57,156 bases of DNA from a virus (lineage: Duplodnaviria; Caudoviricetes), in the IMG/VR virus record IMGVR_UViG_3300036819_000112, positions 1-57,156 of that record; one strand, 5' to 3'. Made by a program: the position numbers and the translations under genes. The stretch's first letter is position 1. The number at the start of each line of letters is the position of its first letter. This document shows, one piece after another, positions 8,351 to 18,149 of the stretch. The notes under the pieces were generated by a model. That model did not search any database, was not told where the DNA came from, and was given only the letters and a program-made list of their open reading frames with translations.

Positions 8351-9961
8351 GTGGCAGCAGGCTTCAAGACAGGCGGTCGAGTGAAAGGTTCCCTCGACAA
8401 AGGACCGAGGAAGCGGAGGTCCTCTGTGTCTGTAGATGCACATGTCACTACCAGAGTAGTGGCAGCGGGGGCGGGGGCGCCCCCCACCGCGCCCATTATT
8501 CCAGCCTCGCGCCCGGGCGCGCGCGCGAGGACGTCACTGAAAGCCGCTGCAGCGGCCGGTTTGCCGCCACCAGAGGCCGGTTCCATTCTTCCCGTCTCGC
8601 AAGCGGCGGCGGACCCGTCGTTCCCGAAATACCGCACCATGGCAACCGACAAGTTGGTGCCCTACGCGAACAATGCCCGTACCCATTCGAAGGCGCAGAT
8701 TGCCAAGATAGCCGCCAGCATTAAGGAGTTTGGCTTCACCAACCCCGTCCTCACTGACGGCAAGCGTGGCATCATCGCCGGTCACGGCCGAGTCCTTGCG
8801 GCACAGATGCTGGACATGGTCTCGGTGCCGATAATCGAGCTGTCCCACCTGAGCGTGGCCCAGCGGCGAGCTTACATTCTTGCGGACAACCGACTAGCGC
8901 TTGACGCTGGATGGGACGATGAACTGCTGGCGCTTGAGCTCGGTGCGTTGCGCGCTGATGGCTTTGACCTCTCGCTTACCGGTTTTGATTTCAACGAGAT
9001 CGGAATGCTGCTTGGCTCATCGGAGGGTCTTACCGATCCTGACGACGCACCGCCGGCCCCGTCGCAGCCCGTATCGATTGCGGGCGATGTGTGGCTGCTC
9101 GGCGGGCACAGGCTGGCCTGTGGGGACTCTACGGATGCGCGGGTGGTCGCGGCTGCGCTGGGCGGCGCGAAGCCGCATTTGATGGTCACTGATCCGCCCT
9201 ATGGCGTGGGCTACGACGCGAACTGGCGAAATGAGCGCGTGCGGCAGGACGGTTCTCCCGTGGGTGGGCGAGCTGTCGGTAAAGTGGCGAACGACGGGGA
9301 TGCCGACTGGCGCGAGGCGTGGGCGCTGTTTCCCGGCTCGGTCGCTTATGTCTGGCATGCCGGCCTTCATGGAGAGCAGGTGATCAGCAGCCTGGTGGCG
9401 AACGGCTTCAGGATTCGAGCGCAGATCATCTGGGTCAAGACTCGTGCGGTGATCTCGCGGGGTCACTACCATTGGCAGCATGAACCTGCGCTCTACAGCG
9501 TACGCGAGGGGGAAGACGATCAGTGGCGCTTCGTCCCCGAGCACGAGGTGGTCGATTACTCTGTCCGCGAGGGCGAAACCGGGCAATGGCAAGGCGGCCG
9601 CAAGCAGTCGACCGTTTGGAACATTGAGCACATCAAATCCGAAACCGGCCACAGCACCCAGAAGCCGGTCGAGTGCATGCGGCGTCCTATCGAAAACAAT
9701 TCATCTCCCGGGCATGCGGTCTACGACCCCTTCGCCGGCTCCGGTACCACCATCATAGCCGCTGAGATGACCGGCCGCGCCTGCCATGCGATCGAACTCA
9801 GCCCCGCCTATGTCGACGTCGCTATTCTCCGTTGGCAGGCGTTCACCGGCAAAGATGCTGTCCATGGCGAAGACGGACGCACTTTTGCCTCCATCGGTCT
9901 CGAACGGAGCGTACCTCCGCAAGCCGCCCGCACCCGGACCCGCGTCAAGGTTGAAGCGTAG
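8351..9961 (+). CDS. ParB-like domain + N6/N4 DNA methyltransferase
   Basis: PYANNARTHS..IAASIKEFGF..AGHGR..ADNRL; TDPPYG, HSTQKPV, DPFAGSGTT; alternative start at ATG 8639. Confidence 0.9.
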   Translation: MAAGFKTGGRVKGSLDKGPRKRRSSVSVDAHVTTRVVAAGAGAPPTAPIIPASRPGARARTSLKAAAAAGLPPPEAGSILPVSQAAADPSFPKYRTMATDKLVPYANNARTHSKAQIAKIAASIKEFGFTNPVLTDGKRGIIAGHGRVLAAQMLDMVSVPIIELSHLSVAQRRAYILADNRLALDAGWDDELLALELGALRADGFDLSLTGFDFNEIGMLLGSSEGLTDPDDAPPAPSQPVSIAGDVWLLGGHRLACGDSTDARVVAAALGGAKPHLMVTDPPYGVGYDANWRNERVRQDGSPVGGRAVGKVANDGDADWREAWALFPGSVAYVWHAGLHGEQVISSLVANGFRIRAQIIWVKTRAVISRGHYHWQHEPALYSVREGEDDQWRFVPEHEVVDYSVREGETGQWQGGRKQSTVWNIEHIKSETGHSTQKPVECMRRPIENNSSPGHAVYDPFAGSGTTIIAAEMTGRACHAIELSPAYVDVAILRWQAFTGKDAVHGEDGRTFASIGLERSVPPQAARTRTRVKVEA

Positions 9962-10014
9962 CGGTCAACCCGTCAGCAACCAGGTCAACCGATACCAGAG
10001 TCAGGGACCGCCGC

Positions 10015-10452
10015 ATGCCCCTAGACGATACCCATCTCGTCAGTGTGTCCGAAGCCGTTACATTCGCATTTGCGGAGATCGGGAAAGACCATCTCCCGGC
10101 CACTCGCAGCACCAAGGAAAAGCTCGCCCTCGAGTACTGGGTTTCCTCGGTGCTTTTGCGACTGGCCGAGGCCAGGCGGGATAAGGCCAAGAGGGCGGCC
10201 GTCCATGGAAACGTGCTGCCGGATACCTTAGCCAACCCGTTCCCGATCGGAACGGCGGAGGCGGTCTACGCCGGGGCGTTGGTGACAATCGGCCTCAAGG
10301 TTGTGCCGCAGGCCGAGAGGCTGAATGTGGCAGGATTGACGGCCTACCTGGAGAAGAACGGGGTCAGGCCCGCGCTGCTCAAGCGGGCGGTCAAGCGCAA
10401 CACCGAGACATTCGCCGGCGCGCACATCTACACGGCGCTGCTGACGGTCTGA
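10015..10452 (+). CDS. Hypothetical protein
   Basis: RBS, globular ORF. Confidence 0.7.
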   Translation: MPLDDTHLVSVSEAVTFAFAEIGKDHLPATRSTKEKLALEYWVSSVLLRLAEARRDKAKRAAVHGNVLPDTLANPFPIGTAEAVYAGALVTIGLKVVPQAERLNVAGLTAYLEKNGVRPALLKRAVKRNTETFAGAHIYTALLTV

Positions 10453-10456
10453 AGGG

Positions 10457-10933
10457 ATGGCGGGGCGAAAGGCTTTCGTGCCGACCGATGAGCAGCGCGC
10501 CCGGGTGCGATCCATGGCCTCCGCCGGCATCGATGAAGGCACGTCCGGAAACGGCAGGAACGGTGGCGCGACGTTGGCGGAAATCTGCGCGGTCATCGAC
10601 GTCAGTGAAAAGACGCTGCGGCGGGCGTTCAAAACCGAGCTGAAGACAGCGTTCTATCTTGCGAAAGACCAGATGCGTCGGAGCCTGTTCCAGCAGGGCA
10701 CCGGGCAACAAGAGCGACCGGAGGAGCGAGACGAGCGTGGCAGGGTAATCCGTCCGCGGCAGCGATACGTCCCACCCAACCCTACCGCGACGATCGCCTG
10801 GCTGGAGTTCTACGGCGGCGCGGTGAAAACCCAACGCACGGAACACACCGGCCAGGTCAACACACGGAACCTTACGGATGAACAGCGCGACGCTCGAATC
10901 GCTGAGCTCCTCCGTAAAGCAGGAGCTGCTTGA
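10457..10933 (+). CDS. Terminase small subunit
   Basis: PTDEQRARV..HTH (ICAVIDVSEKTLRR); C-terminal EHTG..LTDEQ; overlaps TerL. Confidence 0.8.
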   Translation: MAGRKAFVPTDEQRARVRSMASAGIDEGTSGNGRNGGATLAEICAVIDVSEKTLRRAFKTELKTAFYLAKDQMRRSLFQQGTGQQERPEERDERGRVIRPRQRYVPPNPTATIAWLEFYGGAVKTQRTEHTGQVNTRNLTDEQRDARIAELLRKAGAA

Positions 10934-12389
10934 GCTACTTGAAGAAAGGCACCGTGCGCTCTGCCGGCGCAGCTTTCTGGCCTGGTGCATCGAAGCCTTG
11001 GCGCCGTTCGGGCAGACCCCCGCGGCGCACCATCGTCTGCTGATCTCCGAACTGCAGGCGGTCGCCGATGGGCTATGCGACCGGCTGATGATCTTCATGC
11101 CGCCGGGTTCGGCGAAATCACGCTACGCGACGGTGCTGTTTTCCGCCTGGCTGTTGTCGCGCCGGCCGAACTTCCAACTGATCGGAGCAAGCCACACCTC
11201 GGAACTGGCGGACGATTTCTCCGGCAAGATCCATGCAATCGTCAGCGAGAACACTGCAACGCTCGGCTATGGCTTGGCCAAGAAGGCGGTCGGACGATGG
11301 TATACGACGAACGGCGGGGCCTATCTCGCGGCGGGCGTGCGGGCTGGTATCCCCGGCTTCCGTGCTGATGCCGCGATCATCGACGATCCGGTGAAGGGGC
11401 GCGCCGCAGCCGACTCCGCGCCGGACCGCAAGCAGGTCTGGGACTGGTACAACGGAGACCTGGAGCGGCGGCTAACTCCGCGGTCATCCGTCGTGCTCAT
11501 GCAGACCAGATGGCACGAAGATGACCTGGCCGGGCGGCTGCTGGAGACCGAGGGGCATCGCTGGCGGGTGCTGAGGCTACCGGCAGAGGCAGAAGCGAAC
11601 GACCCGCTTGGCCGTCAGCCGGGCGAATGGCTGTGGTCGGACGGCACCTATGGGTTCGGCCAAGGCCTTGCTCAGATCAAGCAGTCGCTCTCCGAACGCG
11701 GCGCCAGCCGCGAGTGGACAGCGCAATACCAGCAACGACCGGTTCCCGAGACCGGCGACTACTTCCAGCGCGACTGGTTGCGTTCTGTCCCGAGTTTGCC
11801 GCCGCGCACTGCCCTGCGCGTGTTCGGCGCGTCGGACTATGCCGTGACCGACGATGGCGGGGATTTCACGGTGCATATCGTGGTCGGGGTCGATAGCGAC
11901 GATCGGCTCTACGTGCTGGATCTCTGGCGCCAGCAGACGGCGTCGGATCAGTGGGTCGAGGCGTTCTGCGACATGGTGGTGCGCTGGAAACCGATGGGCT
12001 GGGCCGAAGAGGCGGGGCAGATTCGTGCCGGCATTGGGCCCTGGCTGAACCGGAGATCACGCGAGCGGCGGGCGTTCGTGGCCAGACAGACATTTCCGAC
12101 GCGAGGCGGCGACAAAAGTGTGCGCGCGCAGAGCATTCGCGGGCGGGCTGCGCTGAGCGGGATCTATGTCGCAGCCGACGCGCCCTGGCGAGCCGACTTT
12201 GAAGCGGAGCTGCTGTCGTTTCCGGCCGGTAAGCATGACGACCAGGTCGACGCGCTTGGCCTGATCGGCCAGTTGCTTGATGTCATGCTGCCACCGCCCG
12301 GAGCGAAACCGCCGGCGCCTCCGGCGGATAGTTGGGACCGGGCATTCCGGCGCGGCGATGATTCTGGCGACGGCTGGAAAGTGACGTAG
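10878..12389 (+). CDS. Terminase large subunit
   Basis: Walker A MPPGSAKS, Walker B IIDDP, QTRWHEDDL, nuclease HDDQVDA. Confidence 0.95.
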   Translation: MNSATLESLSSSVKQELLELLEERHRALCRRSFLAWCIEALAPFGQTPAAHHRLLISELQAVADGLCDRLMIFMPPGSAKSRYATVLFSAWLLSRRPNFQLIGASHTSELADDFSGKIHAIVSENTATLGYGLAKKAVGRWYTTNGGAYLAAGVRAGIPGFRADAAIIDDPVKGRAAADSAPDRKQVWDWYNGDLERRLTPRSSVVLMQTRWHEDDLAGRLLETEGHRWRVLRLPAEAEANDPLGRQPGEWLWSDGTYGFGQGLAQIKQSLSERGASREWTAQYQQRPVPETGDYFQRDWLRSVPSLPPRTALRVFGASDYAVTDDGGDFTVHIVVGVDSDDRLYVLDLWRQQTASDQWVEAFCDMVVRWKPMGWAEEAGQIRAGIGPWLNRRSRERRAFVARQTFPTRGGDKSVRAQSIRGRAALSGIYVAADAPWRADFEAELLSFPAGKHDDQVDALGLIGQLLDVMLPPPGAKPPAPPADSWDRAFRRGDDSGDGWKVT

Positions 12390-12400
12390 GGGGCCATCGT

Positions 12401-14431
12401 TTGAGCGATCTGATGTCCCTGGCCACGCCGCAAGGTCCGACCATTGATGCGCAGCAAGGCTGGCCGGGCGACCTCGACGCGCTTCTGGCGCGGCTGATCC
12501 GCGATTTCCAGGAGGCCGAGGAAGCTACCGCCGATGCACGGGCTGAGGCCGAGCGGTCCCGGGATTTCCGCGACGGCCGCCAGTGGACCGCGGAAGAGGC
12601 CGCGATTCTTCGCAAGCGGCGCCAGCCGATCGTCTGGAACAACATCATCGGGCGCAAGATCGAGTTGCTGCGGGGGCTGGAGCGCCGCGGCAGGTCCGAT
12701 CCCGAGGCCTACCCGAGAAATCCGGTGAACAATGTCCGTGCCGACGCCGCAACCCAGGCGCTGCGCTACATCGCCGACGAGAACCGCTTCGACGTCATCC
12801 GCAGCGCCGTCTACGACCAGATGCTGGTCGAGGGGTTCTCCGGAGCCGAGGTGATCGTCGAGGAACAGCAGGACGGCGACGGCTATGACGTCGTCATCAA
12901 CCACATTCCGTGGGAGCGGCTGTACTACGATCCACATTCCCAGCATCCGGCGTTCACCGATGCCAGCTATCTGGGGATGGTGATCTGGATGGATTTCGAC
13001 GATGCCGCCGATATGTATCCGGGCTGTGAAGACATCCTGGATTCAACCCTCGAAAGCGCCCGCTCGGACACCTATGGCGACAAGCCCATCGCAACCTGGG
13101 GCGATCGAAAGCGGCGCAGGGTCCGCGTCGCACAGCATTGGTGGAAGAAGCGGCGCGACTGGTGGACCGCGACTTTCACCAAAGGCGGGTTTCTCGGCGC
13201 GCCGATGTTGTCGCCCTACAAAGACCGCCACGGCAATGCGACCTGCCCGATCATCCTTCGCTCCGCGCGGATCGACCGCGACAACAACCGGTTCGGCATC
13301 GTGCGTGACCTGGTGCCGTTACAGGAAAGCATCAACAAGCGCGAAAGCAAGCTGCTGCATTCGCTTTCGGTCAATCAGATCATCATGGAGGAAGGCGCGG
13401 TCGACGACGTCGACCACGTCCGCGCGGAGGCTGCCAAGCCGGACGGCGTGATGATCCACAACAAGGATTTCGAGTTCAAGCTGCAGAAGGACCAGGCGGA
13501 GATCCAGGGCCAGTTCGAGTTGCTCCAGTACTCCGTGGCTCAGATGCAGATGCACGGCCCCAACGCGGCGATGAGCGGCAAGGATCCGCGGGAGCAGTCG
13601 GGCAGGGCCATTATCGCCCAGCAGTCCGGCGGCCAGGTCGAGAACGAGCCCATGGCCGATGCGCTGCGGCAGTGGACGCACAAGATTTACGAGGCCGCCT
13701 GGATGCGGGTGCGGCAGTTCTGGACCGGGCCGCGCTGGATCCGGGTGACCGACAGCGACAAGAACACCCAGTTCGTCGGCTTGAACCGGCCGGTGACGAT
13801 CGCCGATCTGCTTGGCCAACTCGACCGGACGCAGCCAATCGATTCACAACTGAAGGGTTTGGATCCAGGTGACGCGGCGGCCGTGCAGTTCGGCCTGCAG
13901 CTTCCGCCGGGCGACCCGCGGCTGCAGATGGCGGTGCGGATCGAGAACGACATCGGCGATATGGACTGCTCGATCACGGTGGAAGAGGGGCCGGACAACC
14001 CCACGATGCAGGCGGAGCAGTTCCAGACCATCATGCAACTGCCGCCGCAGATCCTGATGCAGTTTCCGCCCGAGTTCATCATCCAGGCCTCGGCGCTGCG
14101 CAACAAGGACCAGCTGATCAAGCTCCTGGAGCAACACCAGCAAAGCCAGGCGCAGGCTGCGGAGGCGGCCAAGGCCAATCAAACGGCGATGCAAACGGCT
14201 CAGGTCGCAAAAACCCAGGCCGATGCGGCTGACAAGCGCGCTCAGGCGCTGCAGCGCATGCACGGCATCGCGGCCGATCATGCGGGGATGCCGGGGCAGG
14301 ACGCGCAGCAGGCGGCCGATGTCGCGAATACCCAAGCTGGGACCCTGGAGATGATGCACGGCATGGCGATGGATCACGCCGCCGCGCAACAGCCTCCGGT
14401 CAATCCGCTGTCAGAGCCATCCCCCCCTTAA
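12401..14431 (+). CDS. Portal protein (P22-like)
   Basis: Follows TerL; DFRDGRQW, N.I..KI..LRGLE, GIVRDL...Q..INKR, SGRAI motifs. Confidence 0.9.
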   Translation: MSDLMSLATPQGPTIDAQQGWPGDLDALLARLIRDFQEAEEATADARAEAERSRDFRDGRQWTAEEAAILRKRRQPIVWNNIIGRKIELLRGLERRGRSDPEAYPRNPVNNVRADAATQALRYIADENRFDVIRSAVYDQMLVEGFSGAEVIVEEQQDGDGYDVVINHIPWERLYYDPHSQHPAFTDASYLGMVIWMDFDDAADMYPGCEDILDSTLESARSDTYGDKPIATWGDRKRRRVRVAQHWWKKRRDWWTATFTKGGFLGAPMLSPYKDRHGNATCPIILRSARIDRDNNRFGIVRDLVPLQESINKRESKLLHSLSVNQIIMEEGAVDDVDHVRAEAAKPDGVMIHNKDFEFKLQKDQAEIQGQFELLQYSVAQMQMHGPNAAMSGKDPREQSGRAIIAQQSGGQVENEPMADALRQWTHKIYEAAWMRVRQFWTGPRWIRVTDSDKNTQFVGLNRPVTIADLLGQLDRTQPIDSQLKGLDPGDAAAVQFGLQLPPGDPRLQMAVRIENDIGDMDCSITVEEGPDNPTMQAEQFQTIMQLPPQILMQFPPEFIIQASALRNKDQLIKLLEQHQQSQAQAAEAAKANQTAMQTAQVAKTQADAADKRAQALQRMHGIAADHAGMPGQDAQQAADVANTQAGTLEMMHGMAMDHAAAQQPPVNPLSEPSPP

Positions 14432-14447
14432 CCCCAGAGGAAACCCG

Positions 14448-14936
14448 ATGAAACGTCTCCTGCTCGCGAGCGTGGCCGCGCTGGCGCTCGCCGTCTCCGC
14501 GCATGCGCAGACTACCTCCGCCCCGGTTGGCCAGACCGCCGGCGGCGCGATCAATCAGAACGCGTTCAACAACAACAGCGACGCCGCTGGCTTCAACCAG
14601 ATGTCGTTGACCCCTGGGCTTGTGGTGCCCTCGACATCGACGGCGCAGGCCACCTGGGTGAACGGCGCGGTCGCCACGGGAACGCTGATCACCACGAAAA
14701 CCACGGTGATAACGACCTGTTCCGGCACCACGGGCGTGACGCTTCCCGCGATTCAGCGCTTCGAGCCGATCACCATCATGAACCGCTCCGGCGGCTCGTG
14801 TCTGGTATGGCCGTCGATCGGGGCAACCGTGGAGACGGCGCTGGGCACCGATGGCGCCTCAAACGCTCCATTCACCCAGTTGACCAATACCGACGTCACG
14901 TATCGACCCATCACCGGAACCCGCTGGCTACAGTAA
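14448..14936 (+). CDS. Signal-peptide protein, possible capsid decoration
   Basis: MKRLLLASVAALALAVSAHA-Q; GVTLP..ITIMN..LVWP beta-rich body with two Cys. Confidence 0.75.
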   Translation: MKRLLLASVAALALAVSAHAQTTSAPVGQTAGGAINQNAFNNNSDAAGFNQMSLTPGLVVPSTSTAQATWVNGAVATGTLITTKTTVITTCSGTTGVTLPAIQRFEPITIMNRSGGSCLVWPSIGATVETALGTDGASNAPFTQLTNTDVTYRPITGTRWLQ

Positions 14937-14974
14937 CCCCAACCCCATACCGCGCAGCACGGGGCCGATGCTGC

Positions 14975-15059
14975 TTCCCGCCGCCGGGGAAATCGGGCGC
15001 GATCAACGCGTAACGACCGGGTCGCACCCGGGAAAGCCGACGCCGGGCTCAATCGGGCA
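14975..15059 (+). ncRNA. Tandem pseudoknot-like cis-RNA motif (copies 1-2) in the scaffold leader
   Basis: TTCCC-GCCGCCG-GGGAA..CGGGCG and AGCC-GACGCCG-GGCT..CGGGCA. Confidence 0.65.
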
Positions 15060-15071
15060 GAAAGTACCACC

Positions 15072-15893
15072 ATGAGTGATATTGATAGCTTCCTGACCGG
15101 AGACGATCCCGGGCAGGCGGAGGCTGAACAGCCGTCCGAACCACAGGCTCCGGAAGCGACGCCGGCTGAGGCAGAAACCGAGGACAAGCCGGTCCCTGCC
15201 AAGGAGGAGGCCGATGACAGCCAACCTGAGGATGTCGTCGGCCTCAAGAGCGCTTTGCAGGCCGAGCGGGCGCGCCGGCGCGACTACAAGGGCGAAAGGG
15301 ACCGTCTGCAAGGCGAGAGGGACGCGCTCATGGCGCAGATGGAGGTGTACCGCAAGGCTCCTCCTGCACCTCCTGCACCCCCGTCCGTGCCACAGGCTGT
15401 CGCGCCGCCGGAGCGGGTGCCCAATCCGGTCGAGGATCCCGAAGGCTATGCGGCCTGGCAGGAGCAGCGATTCGAGAAACGGCTGTTCAATGAGCGATTG
15501 AACATCTCCGAACGGATGCTGCGCGCGAGGACCGATTCGGCGGACGTCGATGCCAAGATCGCGGTGTTTCGAAAGGCCGCCGCTGATAATCCCGGACTTC
15601 GCGCGCAACTCGGAAGCCATCCCGACCCCTACCAGTTCGCCTACGACACCGGTGCGAGGTTTCTGGCGATGGAGGAAATCGGCACCGATCCGGCCGCCTA
15701 TCGAGCCAAGGTCGAAACTGAACTGCGCGCGAAGATTGAGGCGGAATTGGCCGGCACCCAACCATCCGCACCCGCACCTCGCGTCACTCTACCGCAAAGC
15801 CTCGGCACCGCGCGATCCGCCGGACCGCGTTCGGGGCCGCCGATCAACGTGGCGGAGAGTTTCGACGACATCCTGGCGCGTCCACGGAAGTAG
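15072..15893 (+). CDS. Capsid scaffolding protein
   Basis: Acidic N-terminus, ALQAERARR coiled coil, PNPVEDPEGY, HPDPYQFAY; between portal and capsid. Confidence 0.85.
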   Translation: MSDIDSFLTGDDPGQAEAEQPSEPQAPEATPAEAETEDKPVPAKEEADDSQPEDVVGLKSALQAERARRRDYKGERDRLQGERDALMAQMEVYRKAPPAPPAPPSVPQAVAPPERVPNPVEDPEGYAAWQEQRFEKRLFNERLNISERMLRARTDSADVDAKIAVFRKAAADNPGLRAQLGSHPDPYQFAYDTGARFLAMEEIGTDPAAYRAKVETELRAKIEAELAGTQPSAPAPRVTLPQSLGTARSAGPRSGPPINVAESFDDILARPRK

Positions 15894-16425
15894 GTAATTC
15901 AAAGCGGGCGAACGCGCCGTGGAGGCGCGTGGCTGCTTCGCAATACGCGGCATGGGCCAGTTGCTGGGTCGGGAACAGACCGAGGTTACTTTTCCGGCCG
16001 CTAACCCAAATCTCGGCAGACCAAGCCGCTCGTCTGGTGTTCCAATGAACGCCCTTCAACCCGCTGTTGTTGTCGCAACGGACGCGCATGTTCATTTTAT
16101 TTTGGGATGATGTGGCCGCTCTAAGGTTCCGCCAACGGGTGTTGCCGGGATCGTTGTCGATGTGATCAATTTCAAACGGAGGCCACGCGCCGGTCATCCA
16201 GAGCCACGCTAGGCGGTGGGCATGATATAGCCAACCGTTTACCGCGATTTGGATGTAGCCTCGGTTGGTCACGCTTCCAGCTACCCGGCCAGCGTTGCGG
16301 GTGTTCCATTCTCGTCTGGCATTTGGCCTATATCGCCAAGTGAATAAGCCGGCCTGTGGATCATAGTCTAGCGCCGCACGAAGTTGGTCCGCCGTCAGCG
16401 GATCGTCTACACGAGGTTTAACCAT
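15844..16425 (-). CDS. HNH homing endonuclease with AP2-like C-terminus
   Basis: LDYDPQAGLFTW, AHRLAW, IDHID...N...NLR, SGLKGV, AAYCEAA..LHGAFAR. Confidence 0.9.
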   Translation of the reverse strand: MVKPRVDDPLTADQLRAALDYDPQAGLFTWRYRPNARREWNTRNAGRVAGSVTNRGYIQIAVNGWLYHAHRLAWLWMTGAWPPFEIDHIDNDPGNTRWRNLRAATSSQNKMNMRVRCDNNSGLKGVHWNTRRAAWSAEIWVSGRKSNLGLFPTQQLAHAAYCEAATRLHGAFARFELPTSVDAPGCRRNSPPR

Positions 16426-16552
16426 GATCTGCTCCCGAGCAGTGATTGGTAAGAGGTCCGGATCGCTGTTTCCGCAGCGCCGGGCCTCGCCATCGATACC
16501 ACCATTTGTCGCCGCTCGCAGGCCGTTTCGGTCTCGCGGCTTCACGTTTTCA

Positions 16553-16647
16553 CCTGCCGCCGAGGGCCGCAAGGCAACGGGCGATCTAGCCTCCCGGAAG
16601 TCGGACTCGGGGACCGAACATCGTCGCCGGATGGGTTTTGCCGGGCG
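16553..16647 (+). ncRNA. Tandem pseudoknot-like cis-RNA motif (copies 3-4) in the capsid leader
   Basis: CCT-GCCGCCG-AGG..CGGGCG and CATC-GTCGCCG-GATG..CGGGCG. Confidence 0.65.
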
Positions 16648-16696
16648 TTTCGCAATACACCGCCCCCTCTTACTCCATCAGGAAGGATATCGTGCT

Positions 16697-17806
16697 ATGG
16701 CCGATATGAATATCACTTCGGCACGGGCCGGCTTAACGCCGACCCTGTGGGACAAGATGTTTTTCGCCGAATACATCAGGGCGAACCGGTTCAAGAAGTA
16801 CATGGGAACCGACGAAAATTCTATGATACAAATCAAGGACAGCTTGACCACCAAAAACGGTGACAGCGTGAATTTCGCCGCCGTCCGCCGCCTTGTGGGT
16901 GCCGGGGTCACTGGCAATACCGTGCTTGAGGGCAACGAAGAAATCCTCGACCAGCGCTCGATGAAACTGGCCGTAGCCCCGATTCGCCATGCGGTGGCGG
17001 TCTCCGACTGGGATGAGCAGAAATCGACCATCGAGCTACGGGACGCGGCGAAAACCGCGCTCAAAAACTGGTCGATGGAAAAGCTGCGCAACGACATCAT
17101 CATCTCGCTGTCGAGTGTCGGCGGCATCCCGTACGCCACCGCCACCTCGACGCAGCGCAACCTTTGGCTCGCGAGCAACTCCGACCGCGTCCGGTTCGGC
17201 GCCGCGGCGGCGAACTTCTCCTCCGGCGTCATGGCCACCGCGCTGGCAACGCTCGACAACACCGCCGACAAGATGACCGGAGCGTTCCTGTCGCTGTGCA
17301 AGCGTCAGGCGCAGACCGCGTCGCCGCATATCCGCCCGATCATGACCAACGACACCAACGACGAAGAGTGGTTTGTCGCTTTCCTGCCGTCGCTGGTGTT
17401 CCGCGATTTCAGGAACGACCCGGCGGTGCTGGCGGCCAACAAGGACGCTCGCCCGCGGGAGACCAGGTGGATGGACAATCCCATGTTCTCCGGCGGCGAC
17501 ATGGTCTGGGACGGGATCATTGTGCGGGAAATCCCCGAACTGCCGGTCCTGACCGGTGTCGGAACCGCCGGGATCGATGCGGCGGCCTCGTTCCTCTGCG
17601 GTGCCCAAGCGGTTGGCGCGGCCTGGGCGCAACGTCTCCGCACGACGACCAATGTCCGCGACTACGGCTACTTCCACGGTGTCGGTATTCAGGAGATGAG
17701 GGGCGTGGGCAAATTGCAGTTCGGCCGCGACGCAGCAGTGGATACGACCACAGAAGTCGATCAAGGGGTGTTCACGATGTTCACCGCGGCAGTGGCGGAC
17801 GTTTAA
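16697..17806 (+). CDS. Major capsid protein (N4-gp56/DUF4043-like)
   Basis: GVTGNTVLEGNEE, RHAV, NPMFSGG..WDGIIVREIP, FLCGAQA, DYG...G motifs; strong RBS. Confidence 0.9.
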   Translation: MADMNITSARAGLTPTLWDKMFFAEYIRANRFKKYMGTDENSMIQIKDSLTTKNGDSVNFAAVRRLVGAGVTGNTVLEGNEEILDQRSMKLAVAPIRHAVAVSDWDEQKSTIELRDAAKTALKNWSMEKLRNDIIISLSSVGGIPYATATSTQRNLWLASNSDRVRFGAAAANFSSGVMATALATLDNTADKMTGAFLSLCKRQAQTASPHIRPIMTNDTNDEEWFVAFLPSLVFRDFRNDPAVLAANKDARPRETRWMDNPMFSGGDMVWDGIIVREIPELPVLTGVGTAGIDAAASFLCGAQAVGAAWAQRLRTTTNVRDYGYFHGVGIQEMRGVGKLQFGRDAAVDTTTEVDQGVFTMFTAAVADV

Positions 17807-17822
17807 CTAGGAGAACACTTGC

Positions 17823-18149
17823 ATGCCGCGGTTCATCGCGCGCCCGGTTGAAGTCGAGGCGCATCAGTATGACGGCACCACCGTCTGCATGCCGGACGAT
17901 TTCCGCCGCGCGCTGATCCGCCATCTTCCGAACGGGACGGTTGAGTTTTTGACCGGCGATGGTCCACGGCCCTGCAAGTACCATGACTGGGTGGTGCGGG
18001 GTCCGGACGGCCTGCTCTCGGTCATCCGCGACGCCACCTTTGAGGCGATGTTCACGCCTCTGGTCACCGCCTCTCCGCCTGAAGCACTGCAGCCTGCGCC
18101 GCCGATCACGGCCAAGCGCGCTGGAAAGAAGGACGTTACCCATGCCTGA
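17823..18149 (+). CDS. Hypothetical protein (PGDYG-like fold)
   Basis: PVEVEAHQY...DWVVRGPDG...FEAMF. Confidence 0.65.
   Translation: MPRFIARPVEVEAHQYDGTTVCMPDDFRRALIRHLPNGTVEFLTGDGPRPCKYHDWVVRGPDGLLSVIRDATFEAMFTPLVTASPPEALQPAPPITAKRAGKKDVTHA

Noticed and set aside
16424-16696. N-terminal extension of the capsid ORF
   Set aside because: Strong RBS at 16680 before ATG 16697; the upstream part is structured leader
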